In this document: piece by piece, positions 1 through 12,400 of the stretch
Position numbering within the stretch: the stretch's first letter is position 1
Layout: the number at the start of each line of letters is the position of its first letter
Assembly: GCA_016748015.1 (NCBI GenBank)
Contig: JAAOMT010000219.1
Span: forward strand, 43,066 to 107,065
DNA: 64,000 nt
From: Geosiphon pyriformis uo1
Lineage: Eukaryota; Fungi; Glomeromycota
Direction: 5' to 3'
Notes under the pieces: generated by a model
Seen by the model: the letters and a program-made list of their open reading frames with translations, nothing else
Database searches by the model: none
What the model was told of the DNA's origin: nothing
Position numbers and translations under genes: made by a program

Positions 1-101
1 AAAAACTTTAACTGACCGTGTTTACTAGATACCCACACTCTCAATAGATTATTTAAATCTTTTGATTTCTACCTTTAATTTACAAGCTTTATTTCATAAC
101 G

Positions 102-155
102 GTATGTATCCTCAAGTTTTTTCAGTTTTTCTCTTCACTTACTAATTCTTCTTAG
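102..155 (+). other. Probable 5'-UTR intron of the mitochondrial carrier gene
   Basis: GTATGT donor, TACTAAT branch-like motif and TTCTTAG acceptor 12 nt upstream of the ATG. Confidence 0.55.
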
Positions 156-167
156 GTATATATCCCT

Positions 168-1974
168 ATGGATACTACGCTGGATACTGAAATGGAATGT
201 TCAGAGCTCATAATGATCACGGACCATTTTAATGCCAAATATTTGCATCGTGACAATACCAATTTCAATCAGACGATATCTGCCAACAGTCTAACTCAAC
301 CACAACTTTCAATGCCTTTTAACTCGCAAGCAGCTGTTCTCCAGCAACAGTCAATATCATCACCTTTTCATAAAATGTTGGCAGCTTGTTCAGGCGCAAT
401 CATAACATCGATATTCAGTAAGGGTTGATAATGGTCATCAATTTTAACATCCTTGTTAAACTCATTATCCCGACTAAAATATATTCACTTAGATTTTGAA
501 TTTTTAACCAGCAACCCCCCTTGATGTAGTGAAAACGCGCCTACAATTACAGCGCTCCTTCAACTCTTCCATACCGAAATCTTGTCGTAACCTTTTCTTT
601 TCTTCCCAAAATACAAAACATCATCATCTCTCAAGCCAGGCTGCTGTTGGCTCATCCTTAAATTGCACTTGTCCTGCTACCTCCGCCGTTGCTACGCAAG
701 TAGCTGCACGACAACTGAATGGCACTTTGGTACGTGCTTCATAATTTGAGATTTTGAATAAAATATCAATTTAAAAAGTTTCGTATCATATATAGGACGG
801 CGTGGTTAAAATTGTGCGCTATGAAGGTATAACATCTTTATGGAGAGGGCTTTCCCCGGCACTGCAAGTATCAACTTGTTTTTTAATCCTGAATTGAAAA
901 AAATTATTATTTAAAATCTATGATATCCAACCTTCCTATAGGATTATGTCAGTCCCTGCAACGGTAATATATTTTGTTGGCTATGAATATTTACGTGATT
1001 TGATGTGGGCCAGGTGGAAAGGGAAAACTCCGGAAACTTACGCACCTTTGTTAGCTGGAGCTACCGCAAGAAGCAAGTTGCTTTAATTTATTCATTTTAC
1101 CGTCGACTGAGATTCTTTTACTTTATATTGAGTTTCTTTGCCTCAAACAGCAATTGCAGCCACGACAATATCTCCCATTGAACTTTTTCGAACAAGACTT
1201 CAAGGTCCCGAAGGGTCTAATGGTTTACGGGGTGTAATGAGTGGAGTGCAAAGTATGGTTCGTGCTAATGGGATCTCTTCATTATGGCGTGGGTTGGGTC
1301 CAACATTATGGAGAGACGTACCGTTCTCAGGTATTTGATTTCCGATTTTAATAATATACAGATTATTATCTTCAAAAAAAGACAAACTTTGACTTGTAAT
1401 TTTCATCTCAGCGATTTATTGGTCGGGCTATGAGTTTATTAAAAGAAACATCAATAATCATGGCGATTTTAAATTGAGCGAGTTTGAGATTTCATTCGTA
1501 AGTGGGGCGACCTCTGGAATGGTACGTTAATATTGAATATAATACTACCGACTTTTAGGTTGAAAAATTGTCATCGTCATTTAATTAACCTATAAAAATT
1601 ACTTAGATTGCAGCCATATTGACCACACCTTTTGATGTTGCAAAAACTAAACGGCAGGTGGCTTCAAATAATGGTAATTTACAAGTTGTCATTAAATTCT
1701 CTGGAAAATAAAATTTTATTAATCAAGCCAATCACTCTTAGTAAAACCTCACAGGATGTTCCATATTATGCGGACAGTAGTACAAGAAGAAGGATATTCA
1801 GGATTAATGCGAGGTAAAGAGACAACAATTCGGTCGTCGATTATTTTCCTCTTGATCTACTAATGTATATTCTTTTTATTCTTAGGCGTTGTTCCACGTA
1901 TCGTTAAAATTGCACCAGCTTGCGCAATCATGATCAGTAGTTATGTTGCTTTTACTGCACCCAAGTCAATCTGA
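168..1974 (+). CDS. Mitochondrial carrier protein, SLC25A39/SLC25A40/Mtm1-like; 9 coding exons: 168-417, 512-729, 796-863, 942-1072, 1151-1330, 1412-1521, 1607-1673, 1742-1813, 1886-1974 (3' end uncertain)
   Basis: The spliced translation gives three carrier repeats with PxDxxKxR-type motifs (TPLDVVKTR, SPIELFRTR, TPFDVAKTKR) plus LWRGLSPALIMSVPATVIYFVGYE, LWRDVPFSAIYW and PRIVKIAPACAIMISSY, typical of the SLC25A39/40 subfamily. Splice sites were read manually. The last ~10 residues may instead come from a further exon. Confidence 0.9.
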
Positions 1975-2137
1975 AAAAAGATTGAGGAATCACATGAAAT
2001 CTTTAGTATCTTTCTTCCAATTGAAACACAACATGACTATTCATTTGATGACTTTCATAGGTAATTTCAAATTTCGGGATAATTTTGAATATTTGATGTA
2101 TCGTCAATGTACTGAGGTATCAATATAACCATGGGTT

Positions 2138-4093
2138 TCACATCTTGGCCTTGAAAGGGTTTCCATTCCATCTTTCTTTCAGGATATCTATAATGTTTTT
2201 AGTGGATATTGCCGATGTTTCCATCGTCTTCAGAAGGTATAACAGAAAAGGAACACGGGTTAAAAGACCAAGATAGTTAGAAAGTATTTTTTAGTTGATA
2301 AAAATTACAAAGAACTCACCGATATAAACGGTTCAAAACTATTAGGGTAAAAGAAATTCTCGTCGGGTTCAACCTGAGGAAAGGTTTGATTTGGAAGCAA
2401 TCGCGGGTAAGCTTTCCAGACCTTAAAATAAGTCCATGAGCGATCCAAAAAAATTTGACCGAGTAATTCATTTGTCATTTCATGGGGTGAAAATATCTTG
2501 CAAAGACGTTCTCCATTTTCTAGCAGATACTGACATCCTATACTGAAAAAGTCGGTTTTACCGCTATTAGTCGTTAAAATAAAAGCAGGCACATCATCAT
2601 CTTTCACGCAGCCGAAATAAGCTGGATTCACGTGCCCAGCGATCAAAGTGACATGGAGTGTGGTATATGGAATTTTTTCAATTTTAAAGTTGATATTTTC
2701 AAATTCAATTCCTGTAAATTGCTACAAAAAATGAAAGAAAAAAACTCAAAATGAATATCTTGAAAACCATCAATTTCAAAAAATAAAAGTCCATAATATA
2801 CTTACAATTGGTGCAGCCAGGATAACTGCATCGAAAATATCTGAATCCCCATGCTGCGTTACCACGGAGTACTTGGGGCTGATACCGAATCTCTCGTTTA
2901 CTGGCAACTTTATTATTTTTACCACGGAAGTTTGAAGTTTAACCTTCGCACCAGAGTGCTTTGCCCATTTTTCGAAGATTTGAAAATTCCCACCCTTAAT
3001 GCTTTTGGCTCCCTGAGGTGCCAAGGATATGAATCCACCCATAGCGTGAATTTGATTCAAATTCGAAGCATAATTAACCCGTGTCGCCGGTTCAACAAAA
3101 TGCTGTAGGTAAAGGGGATATAAGCTTTTCATTTCGATAAAATAATATTCGGCAGATTTTTCATGCTCTGTGCGTAGGTCAAGTTGATCCACAGCCGACT
3201 CGATACAGGTGAATGGATCTTCGAATTGATAAATCTTCATAAACTTCGTGATGGTAGCTTTTACCATATTTCGGACCTAAGTCAATGAAATATAAAATCA
3301 AATATTGAAATATATTACTATATTAGCTCCACAATTACCATGACCTCTAACCATAAATTACGATTTTATCTCTGGGGGTAATCGAACCGGGATTATACAA
3401 AGCGCCTGCATTTTCAAACTATCATTATAAAATACCTTGAGAGGCGCCCATCCATATTTCCAAAGAATTTTAACCATGTCCCAATAAGAATAAGAAGATT
3501 CTTCGAACACAAGTTGTTCGCCATCCCATCTAATATATTTAGATTTAGATTTTTCGGTGAAAACAGAATAATTAAAAGGGTCAATCTAAAAATTATTTAC
3601 TCACATACCAACTCGAGCTCCAGGAAATTCTCCGCCAAACTTGGTGAATTCTAAGCCAAATCTTTTGGCGGAATTAAATAAATGGAGGTTCGCATCAATA
3701 AAAATCGAAGCGCCCACTTCTATAATGTATTCTTTCTCATCGCGTTTTAACGTAACAGTGGTACTTCGCCCTCCGACATAGTTGGATTTTTCGAAAATGG
3801 TGGATTCTACTTGTATGGAGGAATTCCCAAAGGCTTCTGATATCCAATATGCAGCCGAGGTTCCTCCAGCACCAGCACCTAGAGAGTGGAAACCCTCAAT
3901 AATAAAACTATGAAACATGTAAAGCAAAAATATGAAATAATTACTTGCCAATAATTGCAACTTTTTTTGCCTTTGCACGATGAGGGACTTCAATGTGAGC
4001 GATAAGTCGTACCGAGGCAAAGGTGGTATAGAAAATCAATAGCAACAAGGAAAGGAAAAATACCGAACGGACCAGTGGCTGCGTATACTTCAT
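2138..4093 (-). CDS. Prenylcysteine oxidase / farnesylcysteine lyase (PCYOX1-like FAD enzyme); exons 4093-3949, 3878-3605, 3529-3436, 3276-2806, 2721-2320, 2227-2138
   Basis: Signal-peptide-like N-terminus, Rossmann motif KKVAIIGAGAGGTSAAY, VGGR and EVGASIF, GIWDGE, TRVNY, GGNFQIF, DAVILAAP, WKAYP, and C-terminal NSFEPFISTMETSAI, all characteristic of the prenylcysteine lyase family. Frames join cleanly across the listed introns. Confidence 0.9.
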
Positions 4094-4899
4094 TATGAAC
4101 TAAATCCAAGGCTCCCCAAATTCAAACAGCTGTCTTTTAAATCTTATCATTAAAAATTGCATAATAATTCATACAGCTTGGCCCAAAAATACCCGAAATC
4201 ATTATTATAGGATATATAATATTTAAATGACTTTATATTTAAATGAAACTGCTTTTCAATTCTTCCAATATTTATGAATTTTTATTTTATTAAAATCCTT
4301 CAAAATCACATAATAAAAGTTAAATAATAATAATAAATAATGGGCCTAACAAAATAATAATTTGAAATTATGAATTTTCTATTTATTTTTCATAGTGTGT
4401 ACGGTATGACCCAACGAATCGTATGTATACGTTAATAAAAATTTAAATTAATAAACTTAATTTAATAACTAACAATTTGCATTAAAAATTTAAAATTAAT
4501 AAGAAAATTAATTACAAAAAATTATAAATTTTATATTATAAGTGAAGCCCAATTACGATTTACTGCAATGCAACAAGAAATATTTTTTAAAGTAAATGTG
4601 GTTTATACATGATTTAAGTTTAGATAATAATTGGATTAATGAAAAATACGGAGATAAAAGCACATCATATTTAGACTTATTAAAGAACTTTTTATTCATA
4701 ACAAGCCACTTGGCCAATCAAAACAATCTATGTTTAAAGTATCTTAATATAAATTCAAAACACACTGTATGGCCTCAATTTACATAAAAGCTTTTTATTA
4801 ATCTTATTAGACAATAAGCTATTAATATTAATTGATTTATTTTATTTTATTTTTAGCTTAACATTTGGCATTCAAATTTTTTTTTTGTGTTAAACAACC

Positions 4900-5900
4900 A
4901 AATTTTAACAAAAATTGACCAATCTGGTATTTACTACTTAAAAATTATCAAATATATTTAAAAACTTATCAAACCAAATTTTAAAGATAAATTTTTTGTA
5001 AATATTTATATAAGACTAGTTATTAAACTTAGTATTTTACAAAATTTAAAACATTAAAAACAAAAATAACAGTTAATAAAAAACTTTTTTACAGATTTAA
5101 ATAATTATACAAAATTTTATATCTTATATTTAAGTTTTTTAAATACATAAAAGCATAATTTTAATTATTATTAACAATTTTTTATAAACTAATTTTATAA
5201 TACATATGTAAATTAGTTAAATTCTTTTTTTTTTCTAATTTTATGATTATGACCAAAGCAAAAAAAAAACTTTTTTACAAATTTAAATAATTATACAAAA
5301 TTTTATATCTAATAATTAAGTTTTTTAAATATATAAAAGCATAATTTTAATTATTATTAACAATTTTTTATAAACCAATTTTATAATACATATGTAAATT
5401 AATTAAACTTTTTTTTTTCTAATTTTATAATTATGGCCAGAGCAAAAGTAAAAAAATTTCAAATGTTATTTTCTTTATAGTAACTAATAAAATTTTAATA
5501 AAAAAATTTCTCTGTTATTAAAACAGTTAAACAAAATATTTTGGCAATATTTTTTTAAATATTAATAGTAAAAAGCTGTTTTTAATAGTTTTTAAAGCAT
5601 TATTTTTATTTTTGACTAATAGTTTTTTTTCAATTAAAGTTTTTTTTTAAGAAACATACTAAGATTAATTTTAATATTGTTTTTATTTTATTTAAAAGCT
5701 TTAAAATATTTAATAATAAACCAGTTAACAAATTAGTTTTTTTTGTTTTTACTATTATTATTATTTTGTAAATAGCTAAAAAAACCAAAAATTTTAAAAA
5801 ACAGCAACAGTTATTTGTATTTACTATTATATTAAAATTTTTGGAATTTTAAATAAAATTTTTCTAAAATTTTTTTTAGTAATAATTAATTTTTTTTAAT
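4900..5900. pseudogene. Extremely AT-rich relics of a second LINE family (ORF1 region), both orientations
   Basis: 5570-5760 (+) aligns by eye with the reverse complement of 8990-9190. About 5420-5445 (-) resembles 16080-16115 (+). Confidence 0.45.
5078..5447. repeat. Tandem duplication of a ~185-bp unit (about 5078-5262 and 5263-5447)
   Basis: Two adjacent near-identical copies beginning aaaaaacttttttaca(g/a)atttaaataattatacaaaattttatatct and ending atg(a/g)cca(a/g)agcaaaa. Confidence 0.85.
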
Positions 5901-6439
5901 ATAGACAACAACAATAATAATATATCTTTTAAGATAAACCAAAATTAATTATTTATTATATTATTAAATATAATGTTTTTTAGCAAATTATTATTAATTT
6001 TTAAAATAAAACAACTTATTAAATTACTTAATTTTAAAAATTAAGCTAATTAAATAGAAATTAAATCAGTTTTTTTTTTAATAATATTTGAAAACAAAAT
6101 TTTAATTAATAAATGTTTTTTAAATAGATAATTTATATTTTAATATTTGGTGTTTTTTTTATTAAGTTTAATAAGTATGATCCAACTACTATCTAATATT
6201 TTAGAACAAATTAAATATTCTAAACTAAGTATAGTTTACATATTTTTTATATATTACCAGCTATTCAAGTCAGTTTAGACTATACTATATTTTTATAATA
6301 GAATTAAACTTACTCAAAACTAATATCTTTTAAACTATATTAAATAATCTAATACTACAAAAAATTAACCCAACCAGCTATTTAACCATCTTTAAAAAAT
6401 TAGTTTTAATACTATTGAATTTATGTATTCAAAAAAATA

Positions 6440-7374
6440 TTGTTATAGATGATTATTTAAAGTGTTAAAACAAATAACAAACTCATAACTTAGTGCTTAA
6501 TAGTTGGTTATATTAATAATTTCTGAAGGTTTTAGAATCTGAAGGTTTTAATTGAGTTTTTTGTATAATAAACAAAAATTCAATTAATAGTTTTTTTTGT
6601 AAATTTTTTTTTCAATATAATAACTGGTTTAATTTGACAATTATGCTCTTTTAATAAGTTATCCTTAAATTTCTATTCTTATTTTTGGATTTTTTACTAG
6701 ACTATCTTTAATATCAAATACTTAGTGTTTAATCCTTTTAATCAATTAGTAAATACCAAAAAAATAAACAAAAAAAAAAACAAAAAAAAACAAAAAAAAC
6801 AAAAAATTAGTATCTTGTTAATAGTTATAATTAAGAATTATTGATTTAGTATAGTTAAGTGTTAAATTTTATCAACATAGAGTGTTAATAGAATAAAAGT
6901 AATAAATATTTCTTAACTAAGCAATAATAATATAGATTCAAATTATAATTAATACTTTATTAATATGTAATTTAATTCAGTTTTAAGTTATAAAAAACTA
7001 CTTTTTAAAGAGAAAAGTATTAGATAATTAAGAGATTCTAACTGATTGTTAATATGAATTCTGTTTTTTCTGTTTCTAATATTTTTGCTATATATACATA
7101 TTTTTTGTTATATAAAATCTCCAATTTTCTTAAGCAATATGCTCTATTTTCTTTAATAATGTGTTTATTGCTGAGCAATATGCCATAATTTTCTGATAAT
7201 ATGCTTATTGCTGAACAGTATGCCATAATTTACTGACAATATACACATTACTAAGCAATATGTTATAATTTTTTGACAATATGCTCATTTGCTAAGTATT
7301 ATTTTCTTATTGGTTTATTTTCTTTTCTGTTTTTTCTACTTTTTTTCTTTGTACTTTTTTTATGAATAACAACA
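6440..7374 (-). mobile_element. Ty3/Gypsy family-A-like 5' remnant: LTR 6883-7374 plus leader/gag start
   Basis: The LTR starts TGTTGTTATTCATA and ends TTAACA like the LTRs at 49954-50332 and 62341-62708. 6480-6880 is homologous to 49500-49950. Confidence 0.75.
7130..7290. repeat. Tandem ~40-bp repeat (two ~20-bp subunits, core GCAATATGC) inside the LTR
   Basis: About 4 copies of ttattgctgagcaatatgccataattttctgataatatgc-like units. Confidence 0.75.
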
Positions 7375-7399
7375 TCAAATTAAAAATGTATTATCATTA

Positions 7400-9230
7400 A
7401 TGCCAACTAAAAAATTTTAATTACAGACATATCAACATCATTTATACAATACTTTTTTTTTAGCAAAACCACTTTTTTTTCAATTTACCAACAACTTTGT
7501 TAAAAAAACTTAGATAAACTATAAATTTATTAACTTTGAGATTAAAAATACTGCTTGAAGCCAAATTACCATCAATAAACTATTCAAAAATAATAATCAA
7601 AAAGCTAACAAACTTAACAATTAATCCAACCAATACAAAAAGTTTGGTCAAATCAGATTTCAAAAAAGACAACTAAAACAACATTAAAAAATTACTAATA
7701 ATAACTGAAAAGAAGACAAAAATTGTCAAAAGTAAAAACTCTGAAAAGCCCAAAAAAGCAGAAGCTTTAACAAAAGACTTAGAGCTTACAAAACATGATG
7801 CAAATATCTTAAAAGCCTTGGAAAGAAAAAGTAAAGACACTTTATAATCCACAATCAGATGATCTACTTTTTAATACTTAAAACAGCACCAATAGCCAGA
7901 AGTTTTTTTATCAGATATAGTACTTTTTTAGTGTACTAGTTTTGCTTACAACAGCATTCAAACCCACTTGAGATCTAAATATAATTAGAGCAAACTGAAA
8001 ATAACAACCAGAATTAGAAAAACAAAGAATAAAACACATCCAACTATTAATTTAAAAAATCATATTACTGATTTTAAAGACAGTATAGCCAGAAAAAAAG
8101 TTAATCAACTTGGCCTTAAACCTATTATAAAATATAATAATTTTATTTTGATTTACCAAAAAGAGAATCCTAATACTATTTTTATTTATTAAAACTGACT
8201 AATAATTTAAGACAGATATAGCAAAGTCTAGTTTTTTAAAATAAACAACCATATATTACCAAACACCAATAGACTTTAATACTATATAAGCAACTTCACC
8301 AAACACACTAAAAACTGTCTTAATGTTAACAAAAAACACATCCAAAGACATATTATGCAGTACAACAATAGCAAAAAAGAAATCAGACTTAGAAATTACC
8401 AAAAACTTGGCAATTTTAAGAGTGGCTAAATAAACAAAGCTTGTAAGCTTAAATAAAAAGACAGCTTTCAAAAACTTTTAAAAAGCAAACTTTATGCAAA
8501 AAAGCTTCATATTGTTTTTTAATACTAATTTTGTATTTAAAAAACTATACACAAATTGGAAAACAGTTTTAACATGAACCAATTTGATCTTAAAAGTAGT
8601 ACTAGGCACTAAAATAGAGGCTACCCATCCAGTAAATCTTTGATGACTAGAAATAGTTTTCCAAGCACCATTAATAACAACATTAAAAACCAGCAAAAAA
8701 AATAATTCAGTTTTTATTTGATCAGTCCAGTTTTCAAGAACAGGTAATTTTATAGAAAATAGTTAATTTGTTTTTAAAATTAATAATAATCTACTAAAGA
8801 ACACTATATTTGACAACACAACCAGTGGTTAATTTTGGCTTATCTTGAACAACATATTAGATAATACAACAGAAATTTTATTTAAGAATCACAAAAGGTT
8901 TCAGTATAATAATAGCAAAAGTAAGTGACTGTTTTTACTTTTTTAAACTTTTGGTTTTTTTGATCATTTTTTTGAAAAAGAGGTGCTAGCAGTATCTAAT
9001 GTAGAAATTATGAAAGGAAAAGCCAGCCTGTTAACTAATCTGTTATTAAAAATTTTTGGGCTTTTTAAAGAGGTAAAGGCAATACTGAAATTAACCCAAA
9101 TATGTTTTTTTAAGGGAACTTTGACTAATAAAAAACCAGTCAAAAATAAAAAAGATGCTTTAATAATTATCAAAACAGCTTTTTACAGTTACTTGATAAA
9201 AAAAAGGCTTTTAAAATGTTTTGCTTAACT
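7400..9230 (-). pseudogene. Degenerate LINE (second family) ORF1 remnant
   Basis: Fragmented ORFs 8256-8471, 8478-8696 and 8964-9173 lie on the same strand. They are homologous to the relics at 5570-5760 and 16030-17150. The RRM-like segment (VKTVFSVFGEVAYIVLKSIGVW) resembles LINE ORF1. Confidence 0.55.
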
Positions 9231-9407
9231 GCTTTTACAACAAAAAAACTTTTTTAATTAAAACTTTATATTTTTTTTTTTTTTTTTTTATTTAACGAGT
9301 GAGGTCCAAACACTACCTAGTACAATACATCATACTAGTAATCTAAACTAGGCGTGAATTATGCTTTTTCTACACGTGACCAGTCACTCAGACTAATCAG
9401 GACAACA

Positions 9408-12400
9408 CTAGGCACCTATATGCACCAAGACCAAGTTACCTACACCTAAAAAGAATAAACTAGATTTACGAAACCCAAAACTAACACCAAGTGCATTAGC
9501 AATACCCAACAACCTAACCACACCAGACAAGAGCACCAAAGAAAGACCAGAAACCAAAATAAGAATAGAGCTGTCACACGGGATCAAGCCACCTTTCTCC
9601 ATAACAGCTCTGTGTTTTGCATACACCAGCCAAATATCATCACGGAATGCAAGACTGAATTCACGAACAAATGCCACAATATTTTGAGTCGCTGTTTTAG
9701 AGTCCTTGAAAACAGAAAGAGATTCACAATACCACTCATTGAAAACAAAGCCCTTACATATAGCCATACTAACAACAGCATCAGAAGCACAAGCAGAAAG
9801 CAACTGTGAAACACATGATGTTGAGTGAGATAAACCTGAGTGCATTTCCCAAACAGATGCATGAGCATTCATCAACCAAGCATGATCACCAGCATCGAAT
9901 AGGCACGAAAACACATGATCTGAAATTTCAACATCACCACAAAACAAACACATAACACTGGGGTACCCCTTATTGTAAAGTCACTTTCGCACAGCAACAG
10001 AAAGGCGATGATGCAACGCCTTCATAAAATATGTCTGAGACCCAGCAGTATGAGCACTAGTGAAACCAGCAGCCAAATAAGAGTCTGGATGCCACACCGA
10101 ACATGACCTGAACCAATCAACATTAGCACATAGGCTGTCCACCAATACCCGAGAACCAGAACCGACCTTCCAATGTGCACGGTAAATAGAGCAGAAAACA
10201 CCACGAACAAAATGCCTAGAATTACCAGAAACCACAGTACCGCCAGCCTTAAGAAAATGTTCATCGATCCTGTGAAGAAGATGCACACCAGAAGACGCAG
10301 CAGCCCTAGCCAAAGTGTCAACACGCTCATTGCCCAAGACTCCAGAGTGACCTCTAACTTTAATCCAATCAACATCTAAATTTTTGCGACGAATGACATT
10401 AGAAATATGACGGTGTTCGACTCAACACTGATTTCTGAAATCTGGATGTCTCAACATTAACTCCGACCTGCATGCATCCAAAGCAGTCTGGCTGTCCAAA
10501 AACAGATTAACCGAACGAGAAGGAGGGACACACTCAAGAGCCAAAGCAATAGCTTACAGCTCCGTCATGGTAGAAGAAACCAAACCAGAAACTTCCACAC
10601 CCAAACCCAAATCAATGTCCTCAAAAAAAACAGCAGCGCCAGCCTTCATATCAAAAGTACCCAGCTCATACAGAGAACCATCTGTAAATAGAGAAAAGCG
10701 ATTGGAACCAATTTCCAACAAGCGATTGCAAACAACATCAAATTCGCAAGACTCAAGTACATCAGACAAGTCAACATACAATGGCAAAAGAGAACAAACA
10801 GGAGATGACCCAGAACCAGATAAAAAGCAAACAGCAGCATTAAACCAATCAGGAATCGGGCCCCAAGGATCTAGTCTTTTCCACCACTTGAAGGTCCTCT
10901 ATTCGAAAACAGAACCAGTTCAATCGCGAAGCTGCTCGACAAAGGCAATTCCATATCGCCGAAGCGAAGAGACACATTTATAAAAAGCAAACTTGCCAAG
11001 AACAATAGACATTGGGGTCCCCTTTTGAAAATGAAAAACATTGGTCATGAGACCACCCAAAGAAAGATCACAACCCAAAAAAATCCGGATGACACCAGCC
11101 AAAAAATTATTCAAAGAACTGACATTAATACGAGAAGGGAAAAGCAGAAGGTGACAAAGGTGCCAGCTGAGAACCTGTAAATCATGAGACCTATGCGTGA
11201 ACAGATGGCCCAAAATATCCATTGAATTGGCAAAACAAACAACAACAGCTGACTTGCTTTTAGCCTGGATCTGTTTAAAAGATTTCAACCTGTACAGAGA
11301 AAGATGATAAATAGCATTACTGTGAAAGTCGAGCAGAAGACCAGATTTGGACTTCAAACCTTTACGAATTATAGTGTCCTATTTTGCACACACACTAATA
11401 GGAACAAAACTAAACTGAGTCCTATAGGCAATTATGGGGTAAAGAACTGCTGACACCAAATACGAGAACTGCTTATCAGAGATAGCCTTTCTCAGAACAA
11501 GATTGGTAAAAAACTGGACATCCAAGCATGCCTTAGCCAAGCTAGGCTTTGACAAATCTTCAGTAGACAGAAAGATACTCAGGTACTAATGAGGCTCTCC
11601 CCTTTTGGCTATCAAAATAGGCAAACCACTGATCAACAAATGAGGACTGGAAACTCTGCAATTAATGGGAATGGCCACCATTTTGTCATTATTGATTGAA
11701 ATGTCATTGACTCGAAAAAACTCACTAGCAACATTGAAAATATGTTGGGTGGCAGCCTGGCTGCTACCAACCCAAATCGTATCGTTGACAAAAGCACCAG
11801 CAGCAAGAAAAGAAATCAAACCAGCCCGAGATTCAGCGCAACTAGTGTTGGTGACAAAATGAGAGTCTAACCTGTATCCACATACACTTTCTTGTCTCTT
11901 GACTTCACACAAAAGGGGATCATAAAATATGCGCCAGAGAAGAGGAAAAAACACCTCCCCTTGATCCAAACCATCATGTACCCAATATCCATCAGTCAAC
12001 CCAAAATCCGTCATAACTCTGTTGACCCGATCATTGTGGATGCTACCAAAAAACTGAATGAATTTGTTACACATTTTTATTCTGACCAAGCTCTTCCTTA
12101 GATGCTCCCAGCCAACAGAATCATAAGCCTTTCGCATGTCTTGTAAGACTAGTCACAGCTCTCGGTTCTTTTCCAAAGCATCTTCAACGACCAATCCAAT
12201 AGTGAAAATAGGAGACTCCGTGGTCATGCCTTTTAAAACAGAAAAATTATCCCCTCTCAGAATGTCGAAAACACTACAAGCCGAAGAAATTCTGTCCGAA
12301 AGCACTTTAGAAAGGATTTTGCGAGCCGTCTCAATCAAAGCAATAGGATAGGTATTCATGAGAACGCCTTCCCACTCATATAGTTTGGGGATCATCGACA

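Noticed and set aside
1943-2128. Separate 61-aa gene between the convergent genes
   Set aside because: It has a non-ATG start, overlaps the carrier's last exon out of frame, and has no supporting motif.
4596-4787. Small ORFs in AT-rich DNA (also 7038-7226, 50149-50349, 54478-54666, 63166-63393)
   Set aside because: They are low-complexity, lie within LTRs or relics, and show no protein motifs.
7130-7290. CRISPR-like array (also 62925-63050 and 36127-36190)
   Set aside because: There are no unique spacers and no cas genes. The units are degenerate tandem repeats inside LTR elements in a eukaryotic context.
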